IMG/VR virus record: IMGVR_UViG_3300025736_000009
Reading direction: 5' to 3' (one strand)
From: an uncultured virus (IMG/VR IMGVR_UViG_3300025736_000009)
Taxonomy: Duplodnaviria; Heunggongvirae; Uroviricota; Caudoviricetes
DNA length: 59,170 bases
The translations under genes were made by a program, and so were the position numbers. How positions within the stretch are numbered: position 1 is the stretch's first letter; every line of letters starts with the position of its first letter. The notes below the pieces were generated by a model. The model did no database searches. It had not been told where the DNA came from and was given only the letters and a program-made list of their open reading frames with translations. Below, in pieces: positions 28,015 to 37,698 of the stretch.

Positions 28015-28479
28015 ATGAAAAAGCTTATAAAGAGCATAATAATGGGCTGCTCTATACCATTATTTATACTACAGTTAGGTACTCCACTTTGTGCTTGTGC
28101 TGAATTAACTGTAGATGTAAAAAGCTCAAAACCAGTTATAAAACCAGGAGAGCAAGTAACTATTACATCTACCACAAAAAATAATTCAGTTCCAAGACCA
28201 CCAATAGAGATAACTACTTCAATAACATGGACAGATGAATATGACAACCTTAAAGAAGTAACAGCAGAAACAACTTTACCTGTTGTTATACCTAACCGAA
28301 TTAGTAAGATATTATTTTTATTACCAGCCAATTGCTCATATATACAAGATTCAGCAATAATAGCTGGAATACCGGTAACTGTTTTAGACCAATCAGGTAG
28401 CCTAATTTTAAATTCTACTGATATTATTCTCTATGAACAAGAATCAATAGACGCACAAATATCTGTAATAGCTAACTAA
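28015..28479 (+). CDS. Putative exported Ig-like (DUF11-type) protein
   Basis: Signal-like MKKLIKSIIMG..LCACA; LTVDVKSSKPVIKPGEQVTITSTTKN and LPANCSYIQDS. Confidence 0.6.
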   Translation: MKKLIKSIIMGCSIPLFILQLGTPLCACAELTVDVKSSKPVIKPGEQVTITSTTKNNSVPRPPIEITTSITWTDEYDNLKEVTAETTLPVVIPNRISKILFLLPANCSYIQDSAIIAGIPVTVLDQSGSLILNSTDIILYEQESIDAQISVIAN

Positions 28480-28490
28480 AAAATATCAAA

Positions 28491-28799
28491 ATGTCTATAC
28501 ACAAAAATAAAAAGAACCAATGGAATAACTCTGATTTTTCAAGAGGAATGTGGATTCCTCCAGAATATACAGATGGTTATAAAGTTATATGTAAGTACTG
28601 TGGTAACATCTCCTACTTTCCAAATACAGAACCTCATACAAATAATACTTGGTTAATACATTGTAACGAGTGTAGACATATAACTCCAGTAAGTTTTCCA
28701 AGAACATATAGTAAAGCCTCTAAAGCTACATACACACTTATAAATGACACAGAAGATTACTTAACAGAAGACACATTCTGGAGGAAGAAAGAAAACTAA
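28491..28799 (+). CDS. Zinc-ribbon protein
   Basis: CKYC...CNEC. Confidence 0.6.
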   Translation: MSIHKNKKNQWNNSDFSRGMWIPPEYTDGYKVICKYCGNISYFPNTEPHTNNTWLIHCNECRHITPVSFPRTYSKASKATYTLINDTEDYLTEDTFWRKKEN

Positions 28800-28803
28800 C
28801 AAC

Positions 28804-29913
28804 ATGGCATTAGCTACACCAACATATGATGAACTGCTATCCTATGCTATACAAGCAGTAAAAGAAAAAACAGGCATAACCAACTTCTCAGAATCATCTA
28901 TAGCTGGGTCTATGCTAAAAGTATTTGTTGCCTACATACAAGACCTATATGATATGTTGGCACAGCTTGATGAACAAGGCAATCTATCAACAGCGGCAGG
29001 CTCAAATCTTGATAAAATAGGACAACTATTTGGAGTAACACGTCTTCCAGCCAAAGCAGCAACAACCGCAGGAGCAGGAAACGCAGTTCTATTTCGTAAT
29101 ATAGGTGATGAAGTTGCTACAATACCAAAAAGTACACGAGTATGGTCATCAAGCAATCAACGAATATCTTACACTACAGACTATGTAATAACTGTTCAAA
29201 GCGGAGGAGAATCCTATGTAGATGTTACTGCTGTATATGAAGGGCCACAATATAATGTTGGACCACAAGCACTAACATCTAATGATATAGGTAGTACAAA
29301 CATAACAGTAACAAACATATTACCAATTAGTACAGGTACTGATGTAGAATCAGATGATAACTACAGATATAGGATATCTAACTCCTTGCTAACAGTACAA
29401 GGAGCAAATGAAACATCAATAAGAATATCATTACTTGAATTACCTGGAGTTAAAGATGTAATACTTCAACCAATGGCAAGAGGTACAGGAACGTTAGATG
29501 TTGTAGTTATATCAGTAGATAGAAGAGTAACAGCAGCTCTATTAGAGCAAGTACAAGATACATTAGATAAAGTAGTGGCTTATGGAATATCCGCAACAGC
29601 AAAAGCCCCTATTGAAATACCAATAGACCTTACAATAAAAGTAGCATTAGGAACACAACTTAATGCCACACTTGCGCGATCACAAGCATCTGTAGCAGCA
29701 CGTTCTTATATAGATAATCTACCAGTAGGAGATAATAAATCTACACTTGGTAATATGATATATAATGAACTTGTTTCAAGAGTAATGGATGCTCACCCAG
29801 ATATTACAAACACACAAATACGAATGGCAGTAAGCAACAATACAGCATTAAATGTAGACCTAACAGCAACAGCAGGCTCTAAATTTTACGCACGAAGTTT
29901 AGATGTTACATAA
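28804..29913 (+). CDS. Baseplate J/gp47-like protein
   Basis: STAAGSNLDKIGQLFGVTRLPAKAAT, GTDVESDDNYRYRI, LPGVKDV..RGTGTLDVVV. Confidence 0.93.
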   Translation: MALATPTYDELLSYAIQAVKEKTGITNFSESSIAGSMLKVFVAYIQDLYDMLAQLDEQGNLSTAAGSNLDKIGQLFGVTRLPAKAATTAGAGNAVLFRNIGDEVATIPKSTRVWSSSNQRISYTTDYVITVQSGGESYVDVTAVYEGPQYNVGPQALTSNDIGSTNITVTNILPISTGTDVESDDNYRYRISNSLLTVQGANETSIRISLLELPGVKDVILQPMARGTGTLDVVVISVDRRVTAALLEQVQDTLDKVVAYGISATAKAPIEIPIDLTIKVALGTQLNATLARSQASVAARSYIDNLPVGDNKSTLGNMIYNELVSRVMDAHPDITNTQIRMAVSNNTALNVDLTATAGSKFYARSLDVT

Positions 29914-29923
29914 TTACTAAATA

Positions 29924-30232
29924 ATGTGTTGGGAGGACAAGATATGGAAAAACCCAACAACAATGTTTACATGGATACGAAAACTACTAACAGACCTCCT
30001 CTATAAGCCAGATACGCAAAAGCTATCAATATCTAGAGTAGCGTTTGTTGCCACACTAGGCATATGTTTATTTACCGCCGTAACACAATCAGAAGTATAC
30101 GCACACCTGATTGTCCTGCTAATTGCACTTTTACCATATCTCTATCTAGATAAAATTACAACAGAGTATGGGTATGACCGTACTCACAACAACGAAGAGC
30201 CAACAGAAGAAAATTTATCAGAGGATTGCTAA
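29924..30232 (+). CDS. Small two-TM membrane protein, possible holin
   Basis: LSISRVAFVATLGICLFTAV and HLIVLLIALLPYLYL with an acidic tail. Confidence 0.45.
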   Translation: MCWEDKIWKNPTTMFTWIRKLLTDLLYKPDTQKLSISRVAFVATLGICLFTAVTQSEVYAHLIVLLIALLPYLYLDKITTEYGYDRTHNNEEPTEENLSEDC

Positions 30233-30237
30233 TATAA

Positions 30238-31707
30238 ATGCCAGAAACCAAATTTCCAGGCAAGTGGGATGGATCTGTATTTGCTAGATATTTACCACAA
30301 TGGTTAGCAATACAATCTCCAACTATAAGAAATGTAACCTATGGAGCAGAAGCATATGGAAGCTTTAAATATGGGCTACAGTTAGCAGAATCAACACTAC
30401 TATATAAGTGGTTCGGTTCTTCGCTCCCACAATTCAATACCCTACATAGATATATAAGCTCTTTTCGTGGACACAATACAATCTCAGATACTGCTTTAGA
30501 TACTCCACGACTTGCTTGGATAACCAAAACAACACAAGAACCACTTACAGTAACAGTTTCTGGAAATGCCGTAAGACGAGCAGCAAGTATATTTGATTTT
30601 CTAACTACAGCAGATAGGGTATACAAATATGATAATAACTTATGTTACTTTAGAAACTTAGCAGTAACGTCTACTACAGTATCTTCAAATACAGCATCCT
30701 ATACAATACCAGAAGACATAGAAGAAGATGGTATGGCATGGATATCTTCAGACAGTGTATGGTACCAGGTATCGCCAGGACAAGAATTAGATACAACAAA
30801 CGCAACAGCAAATCTTCCACTAACTGGCTCAATTGAATTTAGATACACATCTTCAACATATGTAGAAACACTATCCTCTTCTGCTATACTTACAATAGAT
30901 GGTTCCACTATAATTCCAACACAAATAGATTTATGGAATGTGTTTGATGAGAAAGCACTATTAGCTGGAATAGAAAGATTACCAAAGGAATCAAATAAAA
31001 CATTACAAGGCCGAATACGAACAGCTTATTTATCTCCAGCAAACTCACAATTAAATGGTTTGATTTCTGCAATAGGAAGAGAAGTAGGTTTAATTGGAAG
31101 CTTACAATGGGATGGAAGCTCTACAATAGACTTTGAAGCTTCTGGTATTTCAAACGTTAAACAAATAGTTATAAAAGATTTAGAAGAGTTTGGCTTTGTA
31201 GAGGGAGAGCAACTTACACCCTCTGATGATTATACAACTTACCATTCCCAGCATGCGCATTGGGAAGGAAATTGGTATATATACGTAGATGGATTACGCG
31301 CAACATCAAGTACGCCGCCTTATCCAACAATAGAAGATGAACATATTGAATTTGGTCAAGCAACATCGGGCAGAGTAGCAGCAACCTATAGATATAGAAA
31401 CTATACATTAGAAACAACAGGAACATCTGCCTCTTTATATCCAACATCAAATACACAAATAGGAGAATATACAGTTGTATATGTTACTGGAATTGATATA
31501 AACACCCCAACAGATATAAAGTATAAAAATTCAAATCTACTATCATCCACAGGAAACCCAACAGCAGAATTTATAGAACTTGTTAATACTATACACTCTA
31601 CTGTTCCTATAACAGCAGGTACAGCAAACTGGGGTAAAACTACACCTTGGTTTACAGACACAGAACCTCAGCCAGAATTAACAAATCTTCCAATATTATT
31701 TGATTAG
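30238..31707 (+). CDS. Baseplate wedge-like structural protein
   Basis: WNVFDEKALLAGIERLPKESNKTLQGRI resembles the tail protein I/wedge motif; follows baseplate J. Confidence 0.65.
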   Translation: MPETKFPGKWDGSVFARYLPQWLAIQSPTIRNVTYGAEAYGSFKYGLQLAESTLLYKWFGSSLPQFNTLHRYISSFRGHNTISDTALDTPRLAWITKTTQEPLTVTVSGNAVRRAASIFDFLTTADRVYKYDNNLCYFRNLAVTSTTVSSNTASYTIPEDIEEDGMAWISSDSVWYQVSPGQELDTTNATANLPLTGSIEFRYTSSTYVETLSSSAILTIDGSTIIPTQIDLWNVFDEKALLAGIERLPKESNKTLQGRIRTAYLSPANSQLNGLISAIGREVGLIGSLQWDGSSTIDFEASGISNVKQIVIKDLEEFGFVEGEQLTPSDDYTTYHSQHAHWEGNWYIYVDGLRATSSTPPYPTIEDEHIEFGQATSGRVAATYRYRNYTLETTGTSASLYPTSNTQIGEYTVVYVTGIDINTPTDIKYKNSNLLSSTGNPTAEFIELVNTIHSTVPITAGTANWGKTTPWFTDTEPQPELTNLPILFD

Positions 31708-31716
31708 TAAAACTAT

Positions 31717-33642
31717 ATGGGACTATCTACAGAACAATTAAATTCACCAAATGGAAAAGTAAAAATTCCAGGAGTATACTCATTAGTATTAGGTACAGAC
31801 GTAACATCATCTGGTAGCTTTACAACAAGTAGTTCAGCATGGGATGGTTATCTAACTCTAACTCAAGGAACATCCTCAGAACATTACTGGTATGGAGCAT
31901 CAAACTGGAACGACTTAGGAGAACCAATAAGTTATATAGGATTTACTCCAAGTATCCCACTGTCTTCAACAAATGGAATGTGTTGTTCAGTAAAAGCTTC
32001 TTTTGCTACAACAGGAGGAAGCGGAGAAATAGCGCTATATGCAATACATACAGGATATAGCAATCCAGCACTAGCAACATGGATTGGATCTGGAATAGAT
32101 AATCCAGATTTATATCAAACAGAAGGATGGATAAATGATGGAACAAGTGGAGGAACACTATTAGATGCTCATCACCCAGTAGCAGAAGAGTTATCTACAG
32201 CAACAGAATTAAGGTTAGTATTTAGAAACTCAGTACCAACTTCAGCAATAACAATAAGCGCATGGCATATCTATGAACCAATAACTGCTTGCCCATCAGG
32301 AACAGGAGAAATGTTTCTTTCATATGCTTATACCAATATGCTTATATATTCAATAGATGCTACTGGAGCATCTGGATATAGAGATAGAGCAGGTTTAGTA
32401 CGTTTGGGTAGTCTACAACTTACTGGATGGACTCCAACACCAGAAGACAATATTTCTCCAATTTCAAATAAATTATCTAATTATATATATTATATCTACA
32501 ATATGCCTAGTGGACTTTTTGTAGGAGATACACTAAAGATATATGATAGTTATGGAAACTATGGATATCTGGAAGGAACACAGAACTCTACAACAGGGCT
32601 ATCTGGTATGTTAACTGGATCCTATAGTGGAAACACAGTTTCTGTAAGCGCTTGGGTATTATCAGCAGCAGTAGCAACAGGTTTAAATGATCTACTTGTA
32701 ACACAAGTTATATGGAAAGAAAGCTACGATAAACAATCAACAGTATATACGATCTCAACTTCTTCTATGACTGGAGATTCAATTAACACAGTATATACAC
32801 TAGAAAATACATTTGATATCACCGGAAATTATGATATATTGGTATGGCTATACGCAAAACGATATGAACCCTGCCTAGAGGATTATACCTATTATTTATA
32901 CAACTATGGAAAACAAATATATACAGACCCAATAGGCCCAGACATATATGCCGCTAATGCGTATTCTAGACCAGGACATGTATTGTTTTCATTTGCAACA
33001 AGCGATAAAGGAGCCTTAAGCGCGCATGAGTTACGTATGAATGACGGCTCATATCTTGTTAATTATGGTATTCCACATCAAACAACAGTATATGTAACAA
33101 GTGCATGTACTGGAATAGCTGGAGAAATGTTAACTGGATCTATAATCATGCACGATGTTGCAGGAAACAAAACAACAAGCGAAGTACTGTCTGCAGTAGT
33201 TGGAGAAGGTACATATGGAGAACAAACTTTAACCCCATATAACATACCAAATCTAGAGATACTATTGTGTGAGGATTTAGACATAGTATTAAGATGGGAT
33301 TCCTGGGCTCGATTTACAAGTGGATTACTTGGATATAGAATACCAATATCATCATATAAAATATATAGAAAAACACAACAAGAAAGCGCCTATACGCTAA
33401 TAGATACCCTTACAACAACCGCATATACATATTTAGACAACAGTTTAATAACTGTTGGTGTGTATGATTATGTGGTTGTAGGTATAGATGATCTACTAAA
33501 AGAATATTGCTTAAGTGGAACAGCTTACGTATTAGATAATCCATACCCAGATTGGATACCATTTATAGAACCATACTTAGCAATGTTCCCTGTATGGACA
33601 GCAGCACCAGCAAAAAAACATACATTAGAAAAGTTATTATAA
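31717..33642 (+). CDS. Virion structural protein with a C-terminal FN3-like domain
   Basis: LRWD..SYKIYRK..YLDNS..YDYVVVGID; Ser/Thr/Gly-rich. Confidence 0.6.
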   Translation: MGLSTEQLNSPNGKVKIPGVYSLVLGTDVTSSGSFTTSSSAWDGYLTLTQGTSSEHYWYGASNWNDLGEPISYIGFTPSIPLSSTNGMCCSVKASFATTGGSGEIALYAIHTGYSNPALATWIGSGIDNPDLYQTEGWINDGTSGGTLLDAHHPVAEELSTATELRLVFRNSVPTSAITISAWHIYEPITACPSGTGEMFLSYAYTNMLIYSIDATGASGYRDRAGLVRLGSLQLTGWTPTPEDNISPISNKLSNYIYYIYNMPSGLFVGDTLKIYDSYGNYGYLEGTQNSTTGLSGMLTGSYSGNTVSVSAWVLSAAVATGLNDLLVTQVIWKESYDKQSTVYTISTSSMTGDSINTVYTLENTFDITGNYDILVWLYAKRYEPCLEDYTYYLYNYGKQIYTDPIGPDIYAANAYSRPGHVLFSFATSDKGALSAHELRMNDGSYLVNYGIPHQTTVYVTSACTGIAGEMLTGSIIMHDVAGNKTTSEVLSAVVGEGTYGEQTLTPYNIPNLEILLCEDLDIVLRWDSWARFTSGLLGYRIPISSYKIYRKTQQESAYTLIDTLTTTAYTYLDNSLITVGVYDYVVVGIDDLLKEYCLSGTAYVLDNPYPDWIPFIEPYLAMFPVWTAAPAKKHTLEKLL

Positions 33643-33648
33643 CAACAT

Positions 33649-36600
33649 ATGGCAACATACACAAACTATTATACAAATAGATCAGCAACTCTAATATTTT
33701 CAGGAACTTTAGAAGCAACATATGCTCGTCACGCACAATCATATGTTGATGGTGCTGGTAGTGGAAAAACACTTGAAGTACTAGCAGTCGTAGCTGGATC
33801 AACTGCACCTAATGGAATTTCAGTCATAGGAAGTAGTGAAGTAACACTATTTGGTTCCACCATATATTTATATACAACAATAGAATATACTGGTCCTGGT
33901 GCTTATAATCTATGGTATGATGAAGGTACAAGACTCAAACAGGTATCAGAATGCACACATACAGTAAAAGCTATAGCACTTACAGGAAGCGGAGTATTAA
34001 ATCCATATTTCTCTACAGCACTAGAAGTAACGCTAGCTACATTAACATCATGTGATATAGACGAATATTTTGATACTGGCTCATACTGGGACTCACCTAA
34101 TGGTGTAGAGTACGATGAGTGGACAATAAATGAAACAACTCCATGGGATATAACATATGAAGTAGAAGAAGTTGCCACAGAGGATTTGAACAAACTAAAT
34201 GTTGAGTTTTGGAATACTTTTAAAAGACAATCAAATATACAAATAAGAATAGGATCTAATAGTGTTACTATACCTGCATCAAGTTTAGGTACCGGTCCAC
34301 TAATTTATGATCAAGGCGGAAGTGTATCTACAACCATACACGCGGCAGCACATGATAAACAAGCATATACACAAACAGCAACACTACTACGAGGAAATAC
34401 CTCTGCTCAATCAACTCTAAGCTCTACAACAGCAACAACATCTTCTAGTGGAGGAGGAGCAAACACTACAAAAGCAAGTATTACAGCAACAGGAGTACAA
34501 TCTGTTGTAGAAACATTACATAACATTGGAGCAGATCCTTTCAGCAATATACCTTTTTTTACAGAATCCAGAGCATTTGCTCGTAAATCAATAACACAAG
34601 GAAACAATACACTACAAGTATCTCCAAGAGTATATTGGCAAGATGGTGAAGGTATATCTGGACTAGACTTTGTAGCGCTAAGCGGAGAATCAAGAGAACT
34701 AGCGTTTTCTGGAGATCTTTCAAGTACACTATCTAATGAAGAAATTTCATTATCCTGTATTACATCAATATATGAAGTAGAAACAGAAGTATTTTCAGAT
34801 ATAGTAGCAGCTACTGTAACACTCCCTTCTCCAATAATGTCATGCAATATAGCAGATGGATCGGCAGTAACTCTTCAGCGTCCTGTAGGACCAGAATGGA
34901 GACAATTAAACTATCTGTATCCAACTGGACCGGTAGATGCAGCATACATATCCCATATATCAACCAACAACCTAGTAACATTTGATGCATCTGGAGATTG
35001 GTCACAACCAGACAATGGAATATTTCAATCAAGTGACAATGTACAGGTAGAGATGGTATCTGGAGCAAGTATGGATTTATCTTGGACTGGAGCAGCATTC
35101 AATACCTCTGGTTTTAGATACATGGTGTTTGGCTGGTCTTCAGACGATACAGATGCCTATGCAAATGTAGTTCTTAATGGAATAGGAACCTGGACAGGAG
35201 TAAGACAAGGAGAAATAATTGATCTTATATCAGCGGAAGTTCCAAGTTCCTTTGGTCCAAGCGCAACACCTCCAACATGGCTAACATCTATAGATCAAAT
35301 AGATGTAACAGTGTATCAACTATCTGGAGAAGCAACTACTTTTGAACAACTATATGGTTTTTACTTTGGTAGCATAACAGCACACAACGCTCCGATTTGC
35401 ATGGGCTACAAATCATCCACTATTGTAGGAAGGTTATTGGTTGACTCTCTTCCTACATATGTAATTAACTATAACAAAACAATACCTACGTTATGGGAAG
35501 CGCCTGTAGAGGTATTTGGTGTAGATGGGCTTGCAGGAACTATGTATGTAGGAGCCAAACAAACACAAGGAGATATAGCATATACTTATGTTGGTAGCCA
35601 TACATGGAACTTCTATGAAAACGAAGACTTTTGGGCATTAGATTTATTTAAAACACAGCACCTTGTTCCAGGAAGTAACTTAAGTGTGCTTCCATTACAA
35701 ATAAGAAAAGCATATACAAGTATGCAAATAAAAAATCCAATGGACTTTGGAAATGGAACAGGAGCCCTTGGATATAATTCTACAAATATACTACCATTAG
35801 AACACAGACTTGGATGGCTTCTATGTGGATTTGCTGGATGGAATACACAAGGAACATCTGTAGAAATAACAGACTTAGTAGATTCAGATAGAAATCAAAA
35901 CTTAGACTCTACTGGAGGTAAATTCGTAAGTCATGGACTAACTGTAGGAACAACACAAGTTGGCTCAGCTGTAATCGCAGTAAATAACAGAATAACCTCT
36001 ACAGCTTATGGAGAAGAAACCATTGAAGCCTCAGATCCAATTGCTAGTATAATAGCATATGGAGTTGGAGAAAAAGCACCAACAGACCCACCTCCATCTC
36101 CTCCTAGTCCTCCACCTCCTCCTGTTGATCCAGAAATACCGTCGCCCCCTGCTGCACCCTCTGGTGGAACAGGTCTTCCAGATCTACCAGACATATATGT
36201 ACCTGATCCATGGGCTCCAACGCTTCCTACTGGATTTGAACCACCACAATCGACAATATCAGCAGACGATTTATTACTCAGAAAATGGGTAACATCTTCA
36301 AGCTATGCGCTACGAGTAGCAGAAGATTATGTAGATACATCTGTAAATAACTCATTACCTTCTACTTTTGAACTAGAAACAGATAGTTATTTATGGTTTG
36401 CTCGTATTCCAGTAAGTACATCAGTAACATCTACAATACTTTTAACTGTTAGCTCTATAACTTACTCTATAAGACGAGCAACTTCTTACGCTGATTTCTT
36501 TAGTAGCTATGATGCTGTATGGGTACCAGGAGCATTTTTACAAGATACAAAAAATGACCCATATGATACATATGTATATCTAAGAAATCTTGAAGTTCAA

Positions 36601-37674
36601 TCATTTACAACAACCGCAAGTGGAGCACCTATTACCATAAGTGAAGTACCAAGCTCAATACATCCAGACACACCCGTATGGTATACTGTATTTTCTCCAT
36701 GGTATGAAAACCTACCAAAGAACTTCAAAGTACAAAAATTCCCAGCAAGAAACCTTGTATGGTCTACTACCAGTGTAACAGCAGACTTACCAACATCTGG
36801 AGCAACAACAGTATTTTATAGAAGTTGGGAAAGATTAGCATCAATACTCTCAACATCGGGACAAATACAATTAGGGCTAGAGTTAGCTCCAGTAGAGTTC
36901 CAAACAATTCCAAATGCATTAGATTCCTTTGCATCACCTTTTGGAATTGAACGAATAGAATATGAATCAAATAGAAACCTCTTACAAAGATTATTCTTTG
37001 CAAATAATATAGATAGAGGAAGCTTTGGAAAAACACTATCTTCTGCTATAGCATTAGATTTAGGACTAGTAACACTAAGAACCTGGGATGGAGTATCTAC
37101 ATTTGACGCAATCTCAAGCGGCATAACAGGAGTAATAGATATTGCAATATCTACATTACCAGAGTATCAAACAATCTCAGATGAATTATTGACCTATTCA
37201 GGTAGTGGGGGAGTATATTACTCATCAAAAAGAGAATGGGAAAACAATTATCTACTATTTGCAGATGGAATACATGTTACAACATATAACTACCCAAATC
37301 TTGTTGTATCTGGTGGAACAATAAGCTTTGGAACAACACTAAACGCAGAAGTAAAAGCACAATATAAATACAAAAACTATACAAAAACTGCATCTGATGG
37401 CTATCTATCAACAGTAATACCAACCTCAGCAAACGTAGCATCAGGACTATACTATGTAGCATGTTTACATGACATAACAACATGGAGCCCAGCAAATAAA
37501 AAAGACTTTGAAGCAAGAAAAGATACAGAAATAATGCACGTAATATCTAACAATATAAAAGAATCATTACCTCTAATAGTAGGAACAGCATCATGGGGAG
37601 ATAGACCGACACACTGGTTTACAGATGAAGAAATTAAACCAGAGTTAACCTATCTTCCAGTAGTATTTGACTAG
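33649..37674 (+). CDS. 1341-aa structural protein: beta-rich N-terminal part, Pro-rich linker and a C-terminal paralogue of 30238-31707
   Basis: PTDPPPSPPSPPPPPVDPEIPSPP linker (about 36080-36245); PNALDSFASPFGIERIEYESNRNLLQRL; ends KPELTYLPVVFD. Confidence 0.7.
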   Translation: MATYTNYYTNRSATLIFSGTLEATYARHAQSYVDGAGSGKTLEVLAVVAGSTAPNGISVIGSSEVTLFGSTIYLYTTIEYTGPGAYNLWYDEGTRLKQVSECTHTVKAIALTGSGVLNPYFSTALEVTLATLTSCDIDEYFDTGSYWDSPNGVEYDEWTINETTPWDITYEVEEVATEDLNKLNVEFWNTFKRQSNIQIRIGSNSVTIPASSLGTGPLIYDQGGSVSTTIHAAAHDKQAYTQTATLLRGNTSAQSTLSSTTATTSSSGGGANTTKASITATGVQSVVETLHNIGADPFSNIPFFTESRAFARKSITQGNNTLQVSPRVYWQDGEGISGLDFVALSGESRELAFSGDLSSTLSNEEISLSCITSIYEVETEVFSDIVAATVTLPSPIMSCNIADGSAVTLQRPVGPEWRQLNYLYPTGPVDAAYISHISTNNLVTFDASGDWSQPDNGIFQSSDNVQVEMVSGASMDLSWTGAAFNTSGFRYMVFGWSSDDTDAYANVVLNGIGTWTGVRQGEIIDLISAEVPSSFGPSATPPTWLTSIDQIDVTVYQLSGEATTFEQLYGFYFGSITAHNAPICMGYKSSTIVGRLLVDSLPTYVINYNKTIPTLWEAPVEVFGVDGLAGTMYVGAKQTQGDIAYTYVGSHTWNFYENEDFWALDLFKTQHLVPGSNLSVLPLQIRKAYTSMQIKNPMDFGNGTGALGYNSTNILPLEHRLGWLLCGFAGWNTQGTSVEITDLVDSDRNQNLDSTGGKFVSHGLTVGTTQVGSAVIAVNNRITSTAYGEETIEASDPIASIIAYGVGEKAPTDPPPSPPSPPPPPVDPEIPSPPAAPSGGTGLPDLPDIYVPDPWAPTLPTGFEPPQSTISADDLLLRKWVTSSSYALRVAEDYVDTSVNNSLPSTFELETDSYLWFARIPVSTSVTSTILLTVSSITYSIRRATSYADFFSSYDAVWVPGAFLQDTKNDPYDTYVYLRNLEVQSFTTTASGAPITISEVPSSIHPDTPVWYTVFSPWYENLPKNFKVQKFPARNLVWSTTSVTADLPTSGATTVFYRSWERLASILSTSGQIQLGLELAPVEFQTIPNALDSFASPFGIERIEYESNRNLLQRLFFANNIDRGSFGKTLSSAIALDLGLVTLRTWDGVSTFDAISSGITGVIDIAISTLPEYQTISDELLTYSGSGGVYYSSKREWENNYLLFADGIHVTTYNYPNLVVSGGTISFGTTLNAEVKAQYKYKNYTKTASDGYLSTVIPTSANVASGLYYVACLHDITTWSPANKKDFEARKDTEIMHVISNNIKESLPLIVGTASWGDRPTHWFTDEEIKPELTYLPVVFD

Positions 37675-37698
37675 CGCGTAGGAGATTAACCACATATC

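Noticed and set aside
36080..36245. C-rich low-complexity tract as a DNA repeat or foreign insert
   Set aside because: Explained by the polyproline linker codons (CCT/CCA) in frame
31620..37674. Similar 3' ends of two genes as a possible DGR template/variable repeat pair
   Set aside because: Differences are not confined to adenines and include indels; no reverse transcriptase is in the window; ancient paralogy explains it
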